Shown here piece by piece: positions 37,228 through 47,814 of a stretch of DNA of 64,000 nucleotides. This DNA is from an uncultured Candidatus Saccharibacteria bacterium (GTDB lineage Bacteria; Patescibacteriota; Minisyncoccia; SW-4-49-11). The DNA lies in assembly GCA_964646465.1 (NCBI GenBank), contig CAZYEN010000029.1, forward strand, positions 2,670 to 66,669, read 5' to 3'. A model generated the notes under the pieces. It had not been told where the DNA came from. It made no database searches and saw nothing but the letters and a program-made list of their open reading frames with translations. Each line of letters starts with the position of its first letter. Within the stretch, counting starts at the first letter, position 1. A program made the position numbers and the translations under genes.

Positions 37228-40227
37228 TTATAATACTTTTATTCCCAAGACTCTTTCTAGTTCTGCAAAATCAGTAGTATGGTCTAATACCTTTAGGATA
37301 CCAGAAACTTCTAAAGTTGTCATCCCTTCCTCAATAGCTAGGCTCTTGATATTAGCAGTTGAGGCATTAGATATAATAGTTTCTTTGATTCTGGGTGTCA
37401 GTACTAATACCTCAAATATAGCAGTGATGCCATTATATCCATTTGGATGCTCGGGGCTAGACTTAGACTCAAGAATAGTATCAGGTATTATACTATGATA
37501 TCTCTCTGGTAATTTAGATTTGATTATATCTTTTTGTTCATCAGAAAGGGTAATAGGGGTTGCATTAGTAGGGTCTATTTTTCTAACAATTCTCTGAGCA
37601 ATAGTCACATTTACAAAAGTAGCTATTTCAGACAGTCCCACTCCCAAGTCATATAATCTTAAAATAGCCGAAGCAGCATCATTGGTATGTAGAGTAGACA
37701 ATAATAAATGTCCAGTAGCTGCTGTTTGCATCGCTACCTTAGCAGTCTCTCCATCTCTTATCTCCCCGATTAAGACAATGTTTGGATTTTGTCTTAAAAG
37801 AGCTCTGATAGCATTAGGGAAACTATAACCAGTCTCTTCATTGATACTGGTCTGTAAAATTCCAGATAATTTATATTCAATTGGATCTTCTATAGTGATA
37901 ATTTTGACTCCAGGTTGATTTAGCGTGTTGAGGGTGGCGTAAAGAGTTGTAGACTTACCAGCACTGGTAGGCCCGGTTACTAAAATTAGTCCAGTAGTTG
38001 CTTTTAACTGTTCCTGTAAAAGTTTAATATTATACTCATCCATGCCGAGGTCTTGTAATTTTATATTAGTAATATCTGATCTTAGTATTCTAAGTACAAT
38101 AGTCTGTCCATAACCTCCTGGAATGATAGAAACTCTGACATCAAAGTTTTTGTCTGTAAAAATAGTGAATCTACCTTCTTGGATTTTATTAGCAATATCT
38201 AAAGGTAGCCCAGTAAAAATTTTAATTTGGCTTAAAATTTGAGGATAGAGTGATTTCGGAACACGAGCTTCCTCATACAATACTCCATCAATCCGAAATC
38301 TAATTATAAGATCAGACATATCTGGCTCAAGGTGAATGTCGGTGGCTCTTTTAGTTAATGCAGCATTAGTAATAGCTGTAAGTTGGTCGTTAATAGACAT
38401 CGATTCAGATATATGGTCAATTTCGGGTAGAGAATCACCAGATTTGTTAATATGAATTCCTCGAGATAAGGCTGACGTCAAAGTAGTCTCATAAATTTCA
38501 TCTACATAAGATATATCTCCCGCCACAGATAAAACCTCTTCAAGGGAAGTCTCTCCATCTACTGCATGTAATACTCCATCTTGAAACAGAGTAACCATAC
38601 CATTTTCAATAGCTTTTCTAAAGATTTTAAATTCTGGAGTATTGTTAATAATTAAATCTTTAATATTGTCACGGGTTTCAAATAATTCATATAAAGCAAG
38701 TCTGCCCTTATAACCTATACCATAACACTTAAAGCAACCTTTTGGACGATATAATCTAGTAATATCTTGAGGTATGGTTAAGTTAGATTTAGGCGATATT
38801 ATAGCCAAGGCTTTTTTTATATAATCTAATTCATTTTCTTCTGGAATATACTCTTCCTTACAATCACATAGCCTCCTTACTAATCTCTGAGCTACAAAAA
38901 GATTCATTGCCGAGATTATTAGTTGGGGGCTAGAACCAAACTCTTTTAATCTAGTAATAATTCCTACCGAATCATTTGTATGAATAGTAGAGAAAACTAA
39001 ATGTCCTGTAATAGCTGCGTTAACAGATATACTAGCTGTTTCATTATCTCTAATTTCTCCAACCATAATTACATCAGGGTCTTGTCTTACAATAGCTTTT
39101 AGTCCATTGGCAAAAGTATATCCTTTTTTATTATCTACTTGAGTTTGATTAATGTTGTGTAATCTATATTCAATAGGATCCTCAATAGTAATTATATTCG
39201 TTTCACTCCGATTAACATAATTAAGAAAAGAGTATAGACTAGTAGTTTTACCTGAACCTGTAGGCCCAGATAACATTATCATTCCTTGAGGTTTGTCTAG
39301 ATTTCTAACTATAATATCTAAAAAAGATTCACGAATGCCAAAATCATAAATATCTAAACTATGAACTGCTGTATTAAGCAGTCTCATAACGATAATCTCT
39401 CCAGTTTTACTAGGTAAGATAGAAACTCTAACGTCAATAGATTGCTTTATATTCCCATTACTCTCTTTGATGGTAATAGAAAATCGACCATCTTGAGCAA
39501 TAGTTTTAATATTTAAAACTAGAGAGGCTAAATTCTTGACTCTTGAAATTAATAATTTATACATTTCATTATCAAAGTTCAAAATATCTTGTAAAACTCC
39601 ATCTATACGGTATCTAAGACGAGTAATATCTCCTTTTGGCTCAATATGTATATCACTAGCAAGTGCTGTTATAGCCCCAGCACAAATTATTTGAGTTAAT
39701 TCAGAAGTGTCAATAGCGTCAATTTTACGAGCAAAATCTTCTAATGAGACTACTCCTTGATTAAACTCATCGATCATTGTAAGAGGAATTATTAATTTAT
39801 CTTTAACAATTTCACTTCTCTCCTGTAAAAATTCATAGGAATTATAACCCTTCTCTAAACTATACTGTGAAACTAGATACAAATCCAGTCCATACTTATT
39901 TTGATACAACCTTTGCAATATTGTTTTAGCTATAGGATTATCTAGATCTTGTAGCGCTATCTTAAGATTTAGTCCAGATCTTTGAAAAATTATCATCTTA
40001 GCTTTTTGGGCCTGTTCTTTAGTTAGAATTTTAAGAGCATCTGGATTAATTGGAATAAATTGCAAGTTAAGATAAGGTATACCAAGACTATCTGCTAAAT
40101 TTTGAGTATTAGATTCTTCTTCTTTTTTACGGATAGTAGATAAATTCATATCTACCACATTGTCAGAATGTAATTTATCTCGAAAGCTTTGCCGATTGGA
40201 TTTTTTTTGTTTTAATATTGTGCTCAT
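37228..40227 (-). CDS. pilB: GspE/PilB secretion ATPase with two tandem ATPase modules
   Basis: SDIHIEP...GPTGSGKTT...RQDPD...GEIRD and TDIHLEP...GPTSAGKST...RQNPN...GEIRD. Confidence 0.88.
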   Translation of the reverse strand: MSTILKQKKSNRQSFRDKLHSDNVVDMNLSTIRKKEEESNTQNLADSLGIPYLNLQFIPINPDALKILTKEQAQKAKMIIFQRSGLNLKIALQDLDNPIAKTILQRLYQNKYGLDLYLVSQYSLEKGYNSYEFLQERSEIVKDKLIIPLTMIDEFNQGVVSLEDFARKIDAIDTSELTQIICAGAITALASDIHIEPKGDITRLRYRIDGVLQDILNFDNEMYKLLISRVKNLASLVLNIKTIAQDGRFSITIKESNGNIKQSIDVRVSILPSKTGEIIVMRLLNTAVHSLDIYDFGIRESFLDIIVRNLDKPQGMIMLSGPTGSGKTTSLYSFLNYVNRSETNIITIEDPIEYRLHNINQTQVDNKKGYTFANGLKAIVRQDPDVIMVGEIRDNETASISVNAAITGHLVFSTIHTNDSVGIITRLKEFGSSPQLIISAMNLFVAQRLVRRLCDCKEEYIPEENELDYIKKALAIISPKSNLTIPQDITRLYRPKGCFKCYGIGYKGRLALYELFETRDNIKDLIINNTPEFKIFRKAIENGMVTLFQDGVLHAVDGETSLEEVLSVAGDISYVDEIYETTLTSALSRGIHINKSGDSLPEIDHISESMSINDQLTAITNAALTKRATDIHLEPDMSDLIIRFRIDGVLYEEARVPKSLYPQILSQIKIFTGLPLDIANKIQEGRFTIFTDKNFDVRVSIIPGGYGQTIVLRILRSDITNIKLQDLGMDEYNIKLLQEQLKATTGLILVTGPTSAGKSTTLYATLNTLNQPGVKIITIEDPIEYKLSGILQTSINEETGYSFPNAIRALLRQNPNIVLIGEIRDGETAKVAMQTAATGHLLLSTLHTNDAASAILRLYDLGVGLSEIATFVNVTIAQRIVRKIDPTNATPITLSDEQKDIIKSKLPERYHSIIPDTILESKSSPEHPNGYNGITAIFEVLVLTPRIKETIISNASTANIKSLAIEEGMTTLEVSGILKVLDHTTDFAELERVLGIKVL

Positions 40228-40342
40228 GAATATAGTGTATATATTAAAATTATATCATAAAACACTAAAAATAACAAATTTACGGGCTATATTGAACATA
40301 GCAATTTTTATATTTGTGATTAATATGATATAATATTTTTAT

Positions 40343-41413
40343 ATGAGATATATAAAAGATTATACAAGCTCTCTAGAAGGTAAATGTGTTCTGGTGAGAA
40401 TAGATGTTAATGAGCCTGTGGATGAACGGGGTTATCCTCAAGATACCTTTAGAATAAAAAAGTCTTTAGAAACTATTAATTTTTTACGAGAGGCTGGGGC
40501 TAAGATTATTCTAATAGCTCACTTGGGGGATCCTCAAAAAGACGGTAGAGAAGGTTTGTCTTTAGAGCCAATTTCTAAAGTATTGGGTCAGGTTGGTGCC
40601 TTTGAGATTAAATTTATCTCTGAAAATATTGATGATATACATCCTAATGTCATCAAAAATATGTTAAATTCTGAGGTTGTACTTTTAGAAAATTTGAGAT
40701 TTGATTCCAGAGAAGAGGAGAATAGTCAAGAATTTGCTAAGATATTAGAGCAATTTGCTGACTTGTATGTTAGTGATGCTTTTTCAGTTATGCATCGCAA
40801 ACATAGTTCAGTAGTTGCTATTACGGAAATTTTGCCTTCCTTTGGTGGTCTTGTTCTGGAGCAGGAGTTAGATGCTTTAAATTATATATTAAATAATCCG
40901 AATAAACCAGCCGTCGCTATTATTGGAGGGGCTAAAATATCTACTAAATTACCAGTTATTAAGGCATTGGAGTCCATTTTTGATAATATTCTTGTGGGGG
41001 GTAAAATTGCAAATGAATATATTGATGAATATGGTGTAGCACAAAATGAGAAAATTATTTTACCAATAGATTTTATTGATAAAGAGAGATATGATATTGG
41101 TCCAAAAACAAGAGAATTATTTGCAAGTTATATCTCTCAAGCCTCGACTGTGATCTGGAATGGTCCTATGGGTTGGTTTGAACAAAATCCTTATGATGAG
41201 GGAACTGAATTTATAGCTAAAGCTATTGCTGAGAATGAGGCTAGTTATTCTGTAATTGGTGGGGGAGAAACTATAGATGAAGTTCATAATTTACATCAAG
41301 AGTCTAAAATAGATTTCATCTCTACTGGTGGAGGGGCTATGTTGGAGTATATAGCAACTAAAGGGCAGTTACCTGGAATCAAGGCTCTTGCAAGTAATAA
41401 TTTAGATATATGA
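40343..41413 (+). CDS. pgk: Phosphoglycerate kinase (short form)
   Basis: RIDVNEP, LLENLRF, WNGPMG, ISTGGGAMLE. Confidence 0.93.
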   Translation: MRYIKDYTSSLEGKCVLVRIDVNEPVDERGYPQDTFRIKKSLETINFLREAGAKIILIAHLGDPQKDGREGLSLEPISKVLGQVGAFEIKFISENIDDIHPNVIKNMLNSEVVLLENLRFDSREEENSQEFAKILEQFADLYVSDAFSVMHRKHSSVVAITEILPSFGGLVLEQELDALNYILNNPNKPAVAIIGGAKISTKLPVIKALESIFDNILVGGKIANEYIDEYGVAQNEKIILPIDFIDKERYDIGPKTRELFASYISQASTVIWNGPMGWFEQNPYDEGTEFIAKAIAENEASYSVIGGGETIDEVHNLHQESKIDFISTGGGAMLEYIATKGQLPGIKALASNNLDI

Positions 41414-42528
41414 GAATAGCTGTACACGGTTCACATTTGTGTCAGGAGCGGGAGGATGGAAATCAGACTTATATTTTGAATTTATTCCGAGCTATTCGAG
41501 ATATTGATAGGGTTAATCAATATACTTTTTATTATAATAAACCTATTAATAAAAAGGTAGAAGCTCCCAATTTTGTGCACAAAGTACAGCAAACTCCTTT
41601 TATGTGGACTCAGAGAGTATTCCCATTTTTATTGCGCCGAGATAAACCGGATGTACTGTTTATGCCGATTCAAATGTTACCTTTTTTGAAGGCACAAAAA
41701 CAAAAATCTGTAGTTACAATTCATGACTTAGCCTTTCTTTTATATCCAGAAACTTTTCCTGCGAAGGATGCTTTTTTACATAAACTGTATGTCAGAGAAG
41801 CGATTACCAAGGCTGACCATCTAATTGCTATTACAGAGGCTACCAAACAAGATATAGTTAAATTTTATAAAGTTAATCCAAATAAAATTACTGTAGTTTA
41901 TCATGGTGTGGATAAAGATAGATTTAGATTAATGCAAGAAGGAGAGGAAAATCTAGTTGCAGATGTTAAGACTAAATACAATATTACTAAGCCTTATATT
42001 TTATATATTGGGAATGTGCAACCTCGTAAAAATATCCAGGGCTTAATCAAGGCTTATCAAAAATTAAGGAAAACTTCTGATCATAATTATCAGTTAGTTA
42101 TTGCAGGAGCGAAGGCTTGGTTAGTAGAAGAGGTGATGAAGGAAATAGGAGCTGCATACAGAGATGATATAGTTTTTACCGGTAGATTTGAAGATGCAGA
42201 ATTAGCACCACTTCTGTGGGGAGCGAATCTATTTGTATTACCTAGCTTTTATGAAGGATTTGGGTTGCCAATTTTAGAGGCTATGGCTTGTGGAGTTCCT
42301 ACATTAGTTTCCAACACCCCTAGTTTGGTGGAGGTTGGGGGCGAAGCCTCACTATCTTTTGACCCTCATAGTATTGACGATATGGCAAAAGTGTTAGACA
42401 ATGTAATAAGTAATCCTGATTTGAGAATTGAAATGAGGAAAAAAGGGTTAAAAAGAGTAGCGGAATTCTCTTGGAATCTTTGTGCAAAGCAAACTATAGA
42501 TGTAATTCAAAAGATTAACTCACTATGA
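41410..42528 (+). CDS. Glycosyltransferase family 4
   Basis: TIHDL, PRKN, PSFYEGFGLPILEAMACG. Confidence 0.92.
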   Translation: MRIAVHGSHLCQEREDGNQTYILNLFRAIRDIDRVNQYTFYYNKPINKKVEAPNFVHKVQQTPFMWTQRVFPFLLRRDKPDVLFMPIQMLPFLKAQKQKSVVTIHDLAFLLYPETFPAKDAFLHKLYVREAITKADHLIAITEATKQDIVKFYKVNPNKITVVYHGVDKDRFRLMQEGEENLVADVKTKYNITKPYILYIGNVQPRKNIQGLIKAYQKLRKTSDHNYQLVIAGAKAWLVEEVMKEIGAAYRDDIVFTGRFEDAELAPLLWGANLFVLPSFYEGFGLPILEAMACGVPTLVSNTPSLVEVGGEASLSFDPHSIDDMAKVLDNVISNPDLRIEMRKKGLKRVAEFSWNLCAKQTIDVIQKINSL

Positions 42529-43577
42529 GAAAAATTATACCTAATGACAAAAAGTTGCCAAAGAAAAAAATGAAGCCTTGGAAAAAAAGGTTATTGATTA
42601 TCTTTGTAATACTTTTCTTGATAGGTGTTTCTGTGCTTGGATATTTTGCTTATAAAGCTAATAAATCCATTAATAATATTACTGGAGAAAATCAGTCTAT
42701 TTTTGATACTGCTAAGTCACTATTATCTGGGGCTGCAAATAAACAACTAAAATCAGATAATGGTAGAACAAATATAGTACTATTAGGTATGCGTGGCGAA
42801 AACGACCCTAACGGAGGATTACTGTCTGACTCTATAATGATTCTTTCAATACAACAAGAATCTAAAAAAGTGGCTATGATATCTATCCCTAGAGATTTAA
42901 GAGTAGAAGTCCCAGGTATAAAAGGATATAGTAAGCTAAACTCAGCTCATGCAGTTGGTTTTAAACAAAACCCATCACAAGGTTTGCAATATACTATGAA
43001 AGTTTTAGAAGAGGTTACAGGTATGCCTATGCATTATGGAGTTAGTGTGGACTTTATTGCTTTTAAAGGAATTATTGATGCTTTAGGAGGTGTTACAATT
43101 AATGCTGCAAGTGACTTTTATGACCCTAACTATGATGGAGGAATTAGAGTTAAAAAGGGCTTGAATGATTTAAATAGTGATAGAGCTTTGAAGTATGTTC
43201 AAGCAAGATTAACTAGTAATGATTTTGACCGTTCCCGTCGTCAAAGAGAGGTAATTACTGCGATAAAAGATAAAGCTGATCAGAACGGTTCTCTTAGAAA
43301 TCCAATCTTTATGCTAGATCTGTTAGAAAATTTTGGAACTAATGTAAGGACTACTATGACAGTTGACGAGTTGAGAATGACAGCTGATACTATTGGTACT
43401 TTGGATATGAACAATATGATTCAAAAGGGTTATGATACTTCTGCAGAAGGTCCTTTTACATCTCAAACTTTGCCTAGTATTGGGTATGTTATTGTTCCAA
43501 GAGGTGGTAACTTTAATGTATTCCAAAAAGATATACAAAGTGTATTTGATGCTGAGACTGACTTAACTCAACCTTAA
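42525..43577 (+). CDS. LytR-CpsA-Psr (LCP) family protein
   Basis: N-terminal TM; SDSIM, SIPRDL, KLN, DFDRSRRQ. Confidence 0.92.
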   Translation: MRKIIPNDKKLPKKKMKPWKKRLLIIFVILFLIGVSVLGYFAYKANKSINNITGENQSIFDTAKSLLSGAANKQLKSDNGRTNIVLLGMRGENDPNGGLLSDSIMILSIQQESKKVAMISIPRDLRVEVPGIKGYSKLNSAHAVGFKQNPSQGLQYTMKVLEEVTGMPMHYGVSVDFIAFKGIIDALGGVTINAASDFYDPNYDGGIRVKKGLNDLNSDRALKYVQARLTSNDFDRSRRQREVITAIKDKADQNGSLRNPIFMLDLLENFGTNVRTTMTVDELRMTADTIGTLDMNNMIQKGYDTSAEGPFTSQTLPSIGYVIVPRGGNFNVFQKDIQSVFDAETDLTQP

Positions 43578-43580
43578 AGT

Positions 43581-44405
43581 ATGTACAAATATAAGTATAA
43601 GGTAGCTATTACAATTGTAAATTACAATACAAAAGATCTACTTTTATATTGCTTAAAAAAAATTTATAATGCTCAAATCAGTATTCCATTTCAAGTTATA
43701 GTTTTAGACAATGCTTCTAATGATACTGATGATATAGAAGAAGAAGTCAATGATAAATATCCTCTAGTAGAATTCTTAAAGCAACCTACAAATGATGGAT
43801 ATACTAAAGGCGTCAATATTTGTGCTAAATATGCTCAGTCTGAGTATATATTTAATTTGAATACAGATGCTTTTCTAGACAAAGGAGTGGTCGAACAGAT
43901 GGTTAGTTATTTGGAAAAAAATCCATCAGTTGGTTTGATCGGTCCACAGCTTTTAAATTTTGATAGTTCAATACAAGAGTCAACATATCACTTTTTAACT
44001 CCATTATTAGCACTTTATCGTAGAACCCCAATAGGGCTACTTCCATTTGCAAAAAAAGCAATTGATAAGTTTAAAATGTCTGATTGGAATCATCAATCTG
44101 TAAAAGAGGTGGATTGGGTACTGGGAGCTGCCTATATGTTCCCTAAAACTATAATTGAAAAAATTAATTATCTTGATGAAGATATGTTTTTATATTTATC
44201 TGATACTTATTTTGCTTGGCAAGTCTGGTTGAGCGGGTATAAGGTTGTCTATTATCCAGAGGTTAAAATGTATCATTATCATCGTAAATCTAGTCAAAAT
44301 GGTTTTATATTTAGGTTATTATTTAAAAAAATTTACTGGATACATATTCAAGACGGAATTAAGTTCTTCCGTAAAACATGGGCTAAGCCCAATCCTCATC
44401 AATAG
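43581..44405 (+). CDS. Glycosyltransferase family 2 (rhamnosyltransferase-like)
   Basis: IVNYN, DNASND, LNTD, VDWVLGA. Confidence 0.88.
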   Translation: MYKYKYKVAITIVNYNTKDLLLYCLKKIYNAQISIPFQVIVLDNASNDTDDIEEEVNDKYPLVEFLKQPTNDGYTKGVNICAKYAQSEYIFNLNTDAFLDKGVVEQMVSYLEKNPSVGLIGPQLLNFDSSIQESTYHFLTPLLALYRRTPIGLLPFAKKAIDKFKMSDWNHQSVKEVDWVLGAAYMFPKTIIEKINYLDEDMFLYLSDTYFAWQVWLSGYKVVYYPEVKMYHYHRKSSQNGFIFRLLFKKIYWIHIQDGIKFFRKTWAKPNPHQ

Positions 44406-44424
44406 TTAACTTGAAATTTACATT

Positions 44425-45606
44425 ATGAAATTATATAACTTTTTATTCACAGCTATTCTTCTAATTATATCTTTTGTTTTAGGAGGATTTTATTTTCAAG
44501 ATTATGTGTATAGTTTTATTTCTTCTAATTCTAAATTGTCAAATAATTTAGAGACTGATTCTTTACAAAAAGTATATAACTTTTTACGAGAGGAATATCT
44601 TTATCCTGATAAATTTGAAGACAAATTAAATGCAGAGTTAGGTGCAGTAAAAGGGGTAGTAGAATCTCTTGATGATCCATATACTGTTTACTTATCTAAA
44701 GATGAATATAAGGATTTTTCAGAGAGTTTAGATGGTAAATTTCAAGGAATTGGAGCTGAAATTGGACTCAAAGAGGGTCAGTTAATAGTTATCTCTCCAA
44801 TTGCAGGTACTCCAGCTAGTAAGGCTGGGTTATTGCCAGGAGATGCTATTATTAATATTAATGGTGAAAATACGTTTGGTCTCAGTGTAGACAAAGCAGT
44901 TTCCAAAATTAGAGGAGAAAAAGGAACCGAAGTTAAATTAGAAATAGCAAGAGAAGGGCAGGATGGAATAAAAGAATTTGTTATAGTTAGAGATACTATA
45001 GATGTTCCAAATATTACAATTAAAGAAAAAGATGAAGTTGGTATTATTACTTTATCTCAATTCCAGGTGGAAACAGCTCAAGAATTAGATAAAGAAATAG
45101 TAAAGTTGCAAAAAAAAGGTATTAATAATGTAATACTAGACTTAAGAAATAATCCTGGAGGCTATTTACAGGCAGCCGTTGAAGTAGTTGAATTATTTAC
45201 TCCAAAAGGATCGGTCGCAGTGATAGAAAAAGGCAGAGAATCTAATATGGTAAAAGAGATAAAAACTAAAAAGGCTCCCAAATATGAAGAAATAAAGTTA
45301 GTAGTACTAGTCAATCAAGGCTCAGCCAGTGCTTCTGAAATAGTAGCAGGTGCTCTGAGAGATTTGAAAGATATTAAGTTAGTTGGGCAGCAGACTTTTG
45401 GTAAAGGTTTAGTACAAAGTACTAAAGAGTTTCCTGATGGATCTGTTTTAAAGTATACTATTGCAGAATGGTTTACTCCTGATGGATCGGCTCTTAACAA
45501 AGAAGGAATTAAGCCAGATTTTGAAGTAAAATTAACAGCTGATGATATTAAAGCAGAAAAAGACCCTCAATTAGATAAAGCAATAGAAATAATAAAATCC
45601 AAATAA
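44425..45606 (+). CDS. ctpA: S41 carboxyl-terminal processing protease
   Basis: PDZ GIG, DLRNNPGG, SASASE, TFGKG. Confidence 0.92.
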   Translation: MKLYNFLFTAILLIISFVLGGFYFQDYVYSFISSNSKLSNNLETDSLQKVYNFLREEYLYPDKFEDKLNAELGAVKGVVESLDDPYTVYLSKDEYKDFSESLDGKFQGIGAEIGLKEGQLIVISPIAGTPASKAGLLPGDAIININGENTFGLSVDKAVSKIRGEKGTEVKLEIAREGQDGIKEFVIVRDTIDVPNITIKEKDEVGIITLSQFQVETAQELDKEIVKLQKKGINNVILDLRNNPGGYLQAAVEVVELFTPKGSVAVIEKGRESNMVKEIKTKKAPKYEEIKLVVLVNQGSASASEIVAGALRDLKDIKLVGQQTFGKGLVQSTKEFPDGSVLKYTIAEWFTPDGSALNKEGIKPDFEVKLTADDIKAEKDPQLDKAIEIIKSK

Positions 45607-45610
45607 ATAT

Positions 45611-46825
45611 TTATATTTGATCGAAAGAAACTATGTTCCCATTGATCTCTACTCCATTTTGAGAAATGCTTTTAGAGCTAATAATAACTCTTTTATTAAT
45701 TCCGAGTAAATCAGCTTCTGCGAATTTTATGCCAGGTCTTTCATTACGGTTATCGAATAAAACGCTTTGATTATTTTCTTTAAGATTATCATATAGTTCC
45801 CCGGCTTTTTGCATAACTTCTACCGAGTCCGTGTTTAGGGCGATAAGATGAATGTTAAAGGGGCTAACCTCAACAGGCCACTTCATTTTAGCTTCATTTT
45901 CAGCAAAAACCTCTACTAAAGTTCCCATTAATCTAGAAATTCCAATTCCATAACATCCCATAATTACAGGTTTATTTATACCATTCTCATCAGTAAATTC
46001 TAAGTCAAAAGCTTCAGAGTATTTTGTTTGTAATTTGAATATATTTCCAACTTCAATGGATTGTCTTTGAGTTAAATCAGAGTTATTACACTCAGGACAA
46101 GTTTTTTGTTCTTCTATAATTTCTTTATTGATAGCAATATTACATTTTTCACATATAAAAATCGTATCTTCTCCAATATCAGATATGGTTTGGAATTCGT
46201 GAGAATATTTACTAAAAGTACCGCCTGAAGCATAAGTCTTAAGAGTAATATCACCAATACCAAGCCTTTTATAAATGTTCAAGTAGGCTTGAGTTACGAT
46301 CTCGTAATATGTATCTAAATCTTCAGAAGAACTATGAAAGGAATATAAATCTTTCATAATAAACTCTCGACCTCTTAATATGCCTGATTTTGCCCTTTTT
46401 TCATCCCTAAATTTAGTTTGAATTTGATAAGCAGCTAAAGGTAAATCTTGATATGATTGAATAAGATTTTTTGCTATAGGTGTTATAATCTCTTCATGAG
46501 TAGAACCTAAAGCTAACTCTGTTGAAGTGTAGTAAGAAGTAAATCTGTAAAGTACATCTAAACTATCCCATCTACCAGTTTTTTCCCAATAAGATTTTGG
46601 TTGTAAGGCTGGTAACAATAGTTCTTGAGCTGATATTTTATTAAGTTCTTGTCTCACTATACTTTCAATATTTTGTAAAACACGATAACCTAATGGTAGG
46701 TAAGCATAAACTCCAGCCATAACTTGTTCCACGTAGCCTGCTTTTATTAGAATTTTGGCGTTTAAAGACTCTTCAGATTGAGATATATATTTTCTAGTTT
46801 TTGAAATTAATTCAGATTGATACAT
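45611..46825 (-). CDS. proS: Proline--tRNA ligase (short form without editing domain)
   Basis: THEE, QIQTKFRDE, RGREFIMKD, IEVGNIF, MGCYGIG. Confidence 0.95.
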   Translation of the reverse strand: MYQSELISKTRKYISQSEESLNAKILIKAGYVEQVMAGVYAYLPLGYRVLQNIESIVRQELNKISAQELLLPALQPKSYWEKTGRWDSLDVLYRFTSYYTSTELALGSTHEEIITPIAKNLIQSYQDLPLAAYQIQTKFRDEKRAKSGILRGREFIMKDLYSFHSSSEDLDTYYEIVTQAYLNIYKRLGIGDITLKTYASGGTFSKYSHEFQTISDIGEDTIFICEKCNIAINKEIIEEQKTCPECNNSDLTQRQSIEVGNIFKLQTKYSEAFDLEFTDENGINKPVIMGCYGIGISRLMGTLVEVFAENEAKMKWPVEVSPFNIHLIALNTDSVEVMQKAGELYDNLKENNQSVLFDNRNERPGIKFAEADLLGINKRVIISSKSISQNGVEINGNIVSFDQI

Positions 46826-46833
46826 ATTAAGTT

Positions 46834-47295
46834 TTAATTATTAAGTAAGGTACTTATTTTATCTTGAGGGAAGTATTTCATAACAATGTGCCATACTGGT
46901 TTGCGATATTCATGTAGAAATTTTTCAATTTTATTTTGAGATACCCATAGAAATCCTCCTAATTCTCGTCTATCTACTCTAATTGATTGGGTTCCTCCAT
47001 TGAACCGTAACAACATAATGGTTTGCTCTTGTCCTAAGTTTTCGTCCCTGATTAATCTTTTAGGAAAATAGAAAGTGTGTTTTTCTGGACATTTATCCAA
47101 AATTGTAAAATCAGTAGTGTTTAATTCTTCTCCTAACTCTCTTATTATGGCTTCTTCATGAGTTTCATTTTCATTAACTCCGCCTTGAGGAAATTGCCAG
47201 TGTAGAGGGTCATTTGCCCTAGATACAATTAATACATTTTCATCTTTATCGAATATGATTGCTAGTACATTTTTTCTTAGCTTACCATAGGACAT
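46834..47295 (-). CDS. Nudix hydrolase, RppH-like
   Basis: WQFPQGG...ETHEEAIIRELGEEL, GQEQ. Confidence 0.85.
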   Translation of the reverse strand: MSYGKLRKNVLAIIFDKDENVLIVSRANDPLHWQFPQGGVNENETHEEAIIRELGEELNTTDFTILDKCPEKHTFYFPKRLIRDENLGQEQTIMLLRFNGGTQSIRVDRRELGGFLWVSQNKIEKFLHEYRKPVWHIVMKYFPQDKISTLLNN

Positions 47296-47458
47296 ATATT
47301 TTTAAAATTAGGCTATTATCATAATTGCATATATTATAGCTTATATTTAGTATTTTGTATATATTTAAAGTATTTTTATTTAAAAAGATGAGAAATATCG
47401 TAGACAAAAATTTAAAAACATGGTATATTATACTATATTAATATAATATAGTATAAAT

Positions 47459-47698
47459 ATGAGTAAAAAACTATTAGAAAAACACCCAGATCACAAAGAA
47501 TTCATTTATAAGACTGAGATTATAGCAAGATATGCTCTAAAAGCTATGGTAATATTAGTAGCTATTACACTTGTCCTGTATCAGGTATTGTTCGCTTTGT
47601 CATATCTTGGGTTAACTTCATATCAAGAATATAAGCAAGAGCAACAACAGAAGCAGCAGCAAGAAGCTCTAGAGCAGTTACAAGAAGATAAAAAATAA
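47459..47698 (+). CDS. Small single-TM protein with Gln-rich tail
   Basis: Promoter TAGACA-17-TATATT upstream, terminator downstream. Confidence 0.65.
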   Translation: MSKKLLEKHPDHKEFIYKTEIIARYALKAMVILVAITLVLYQVLFALSYLGLTSYQEYKQEQQQKQQQEALEQLQEDKK

Positions 47699-47730
47699 AT
47701 AATAATTTTTTTCACTACCTTTGCAATAGA

Positions 47731-47752
47731 AGCCGGTAATTCCGGTTTTTAT
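47731..47752 (+). terminator. Intrinsic terminator
   Basis: agccgg-taatt-ccggtt followed by ttt. Confidence 0.6.
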
Positions 47753-47814
47753 TGTAAATATATTCAATATGGTATAAACTAAATATAGTTTAGAAATTAC
47801 ACTTTTATTTAAAT

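Noticed and set aside
47620-47670. CAA/CAG repeats
   Set aside because: Ordinary Gln-rich coding tract with mixed codons
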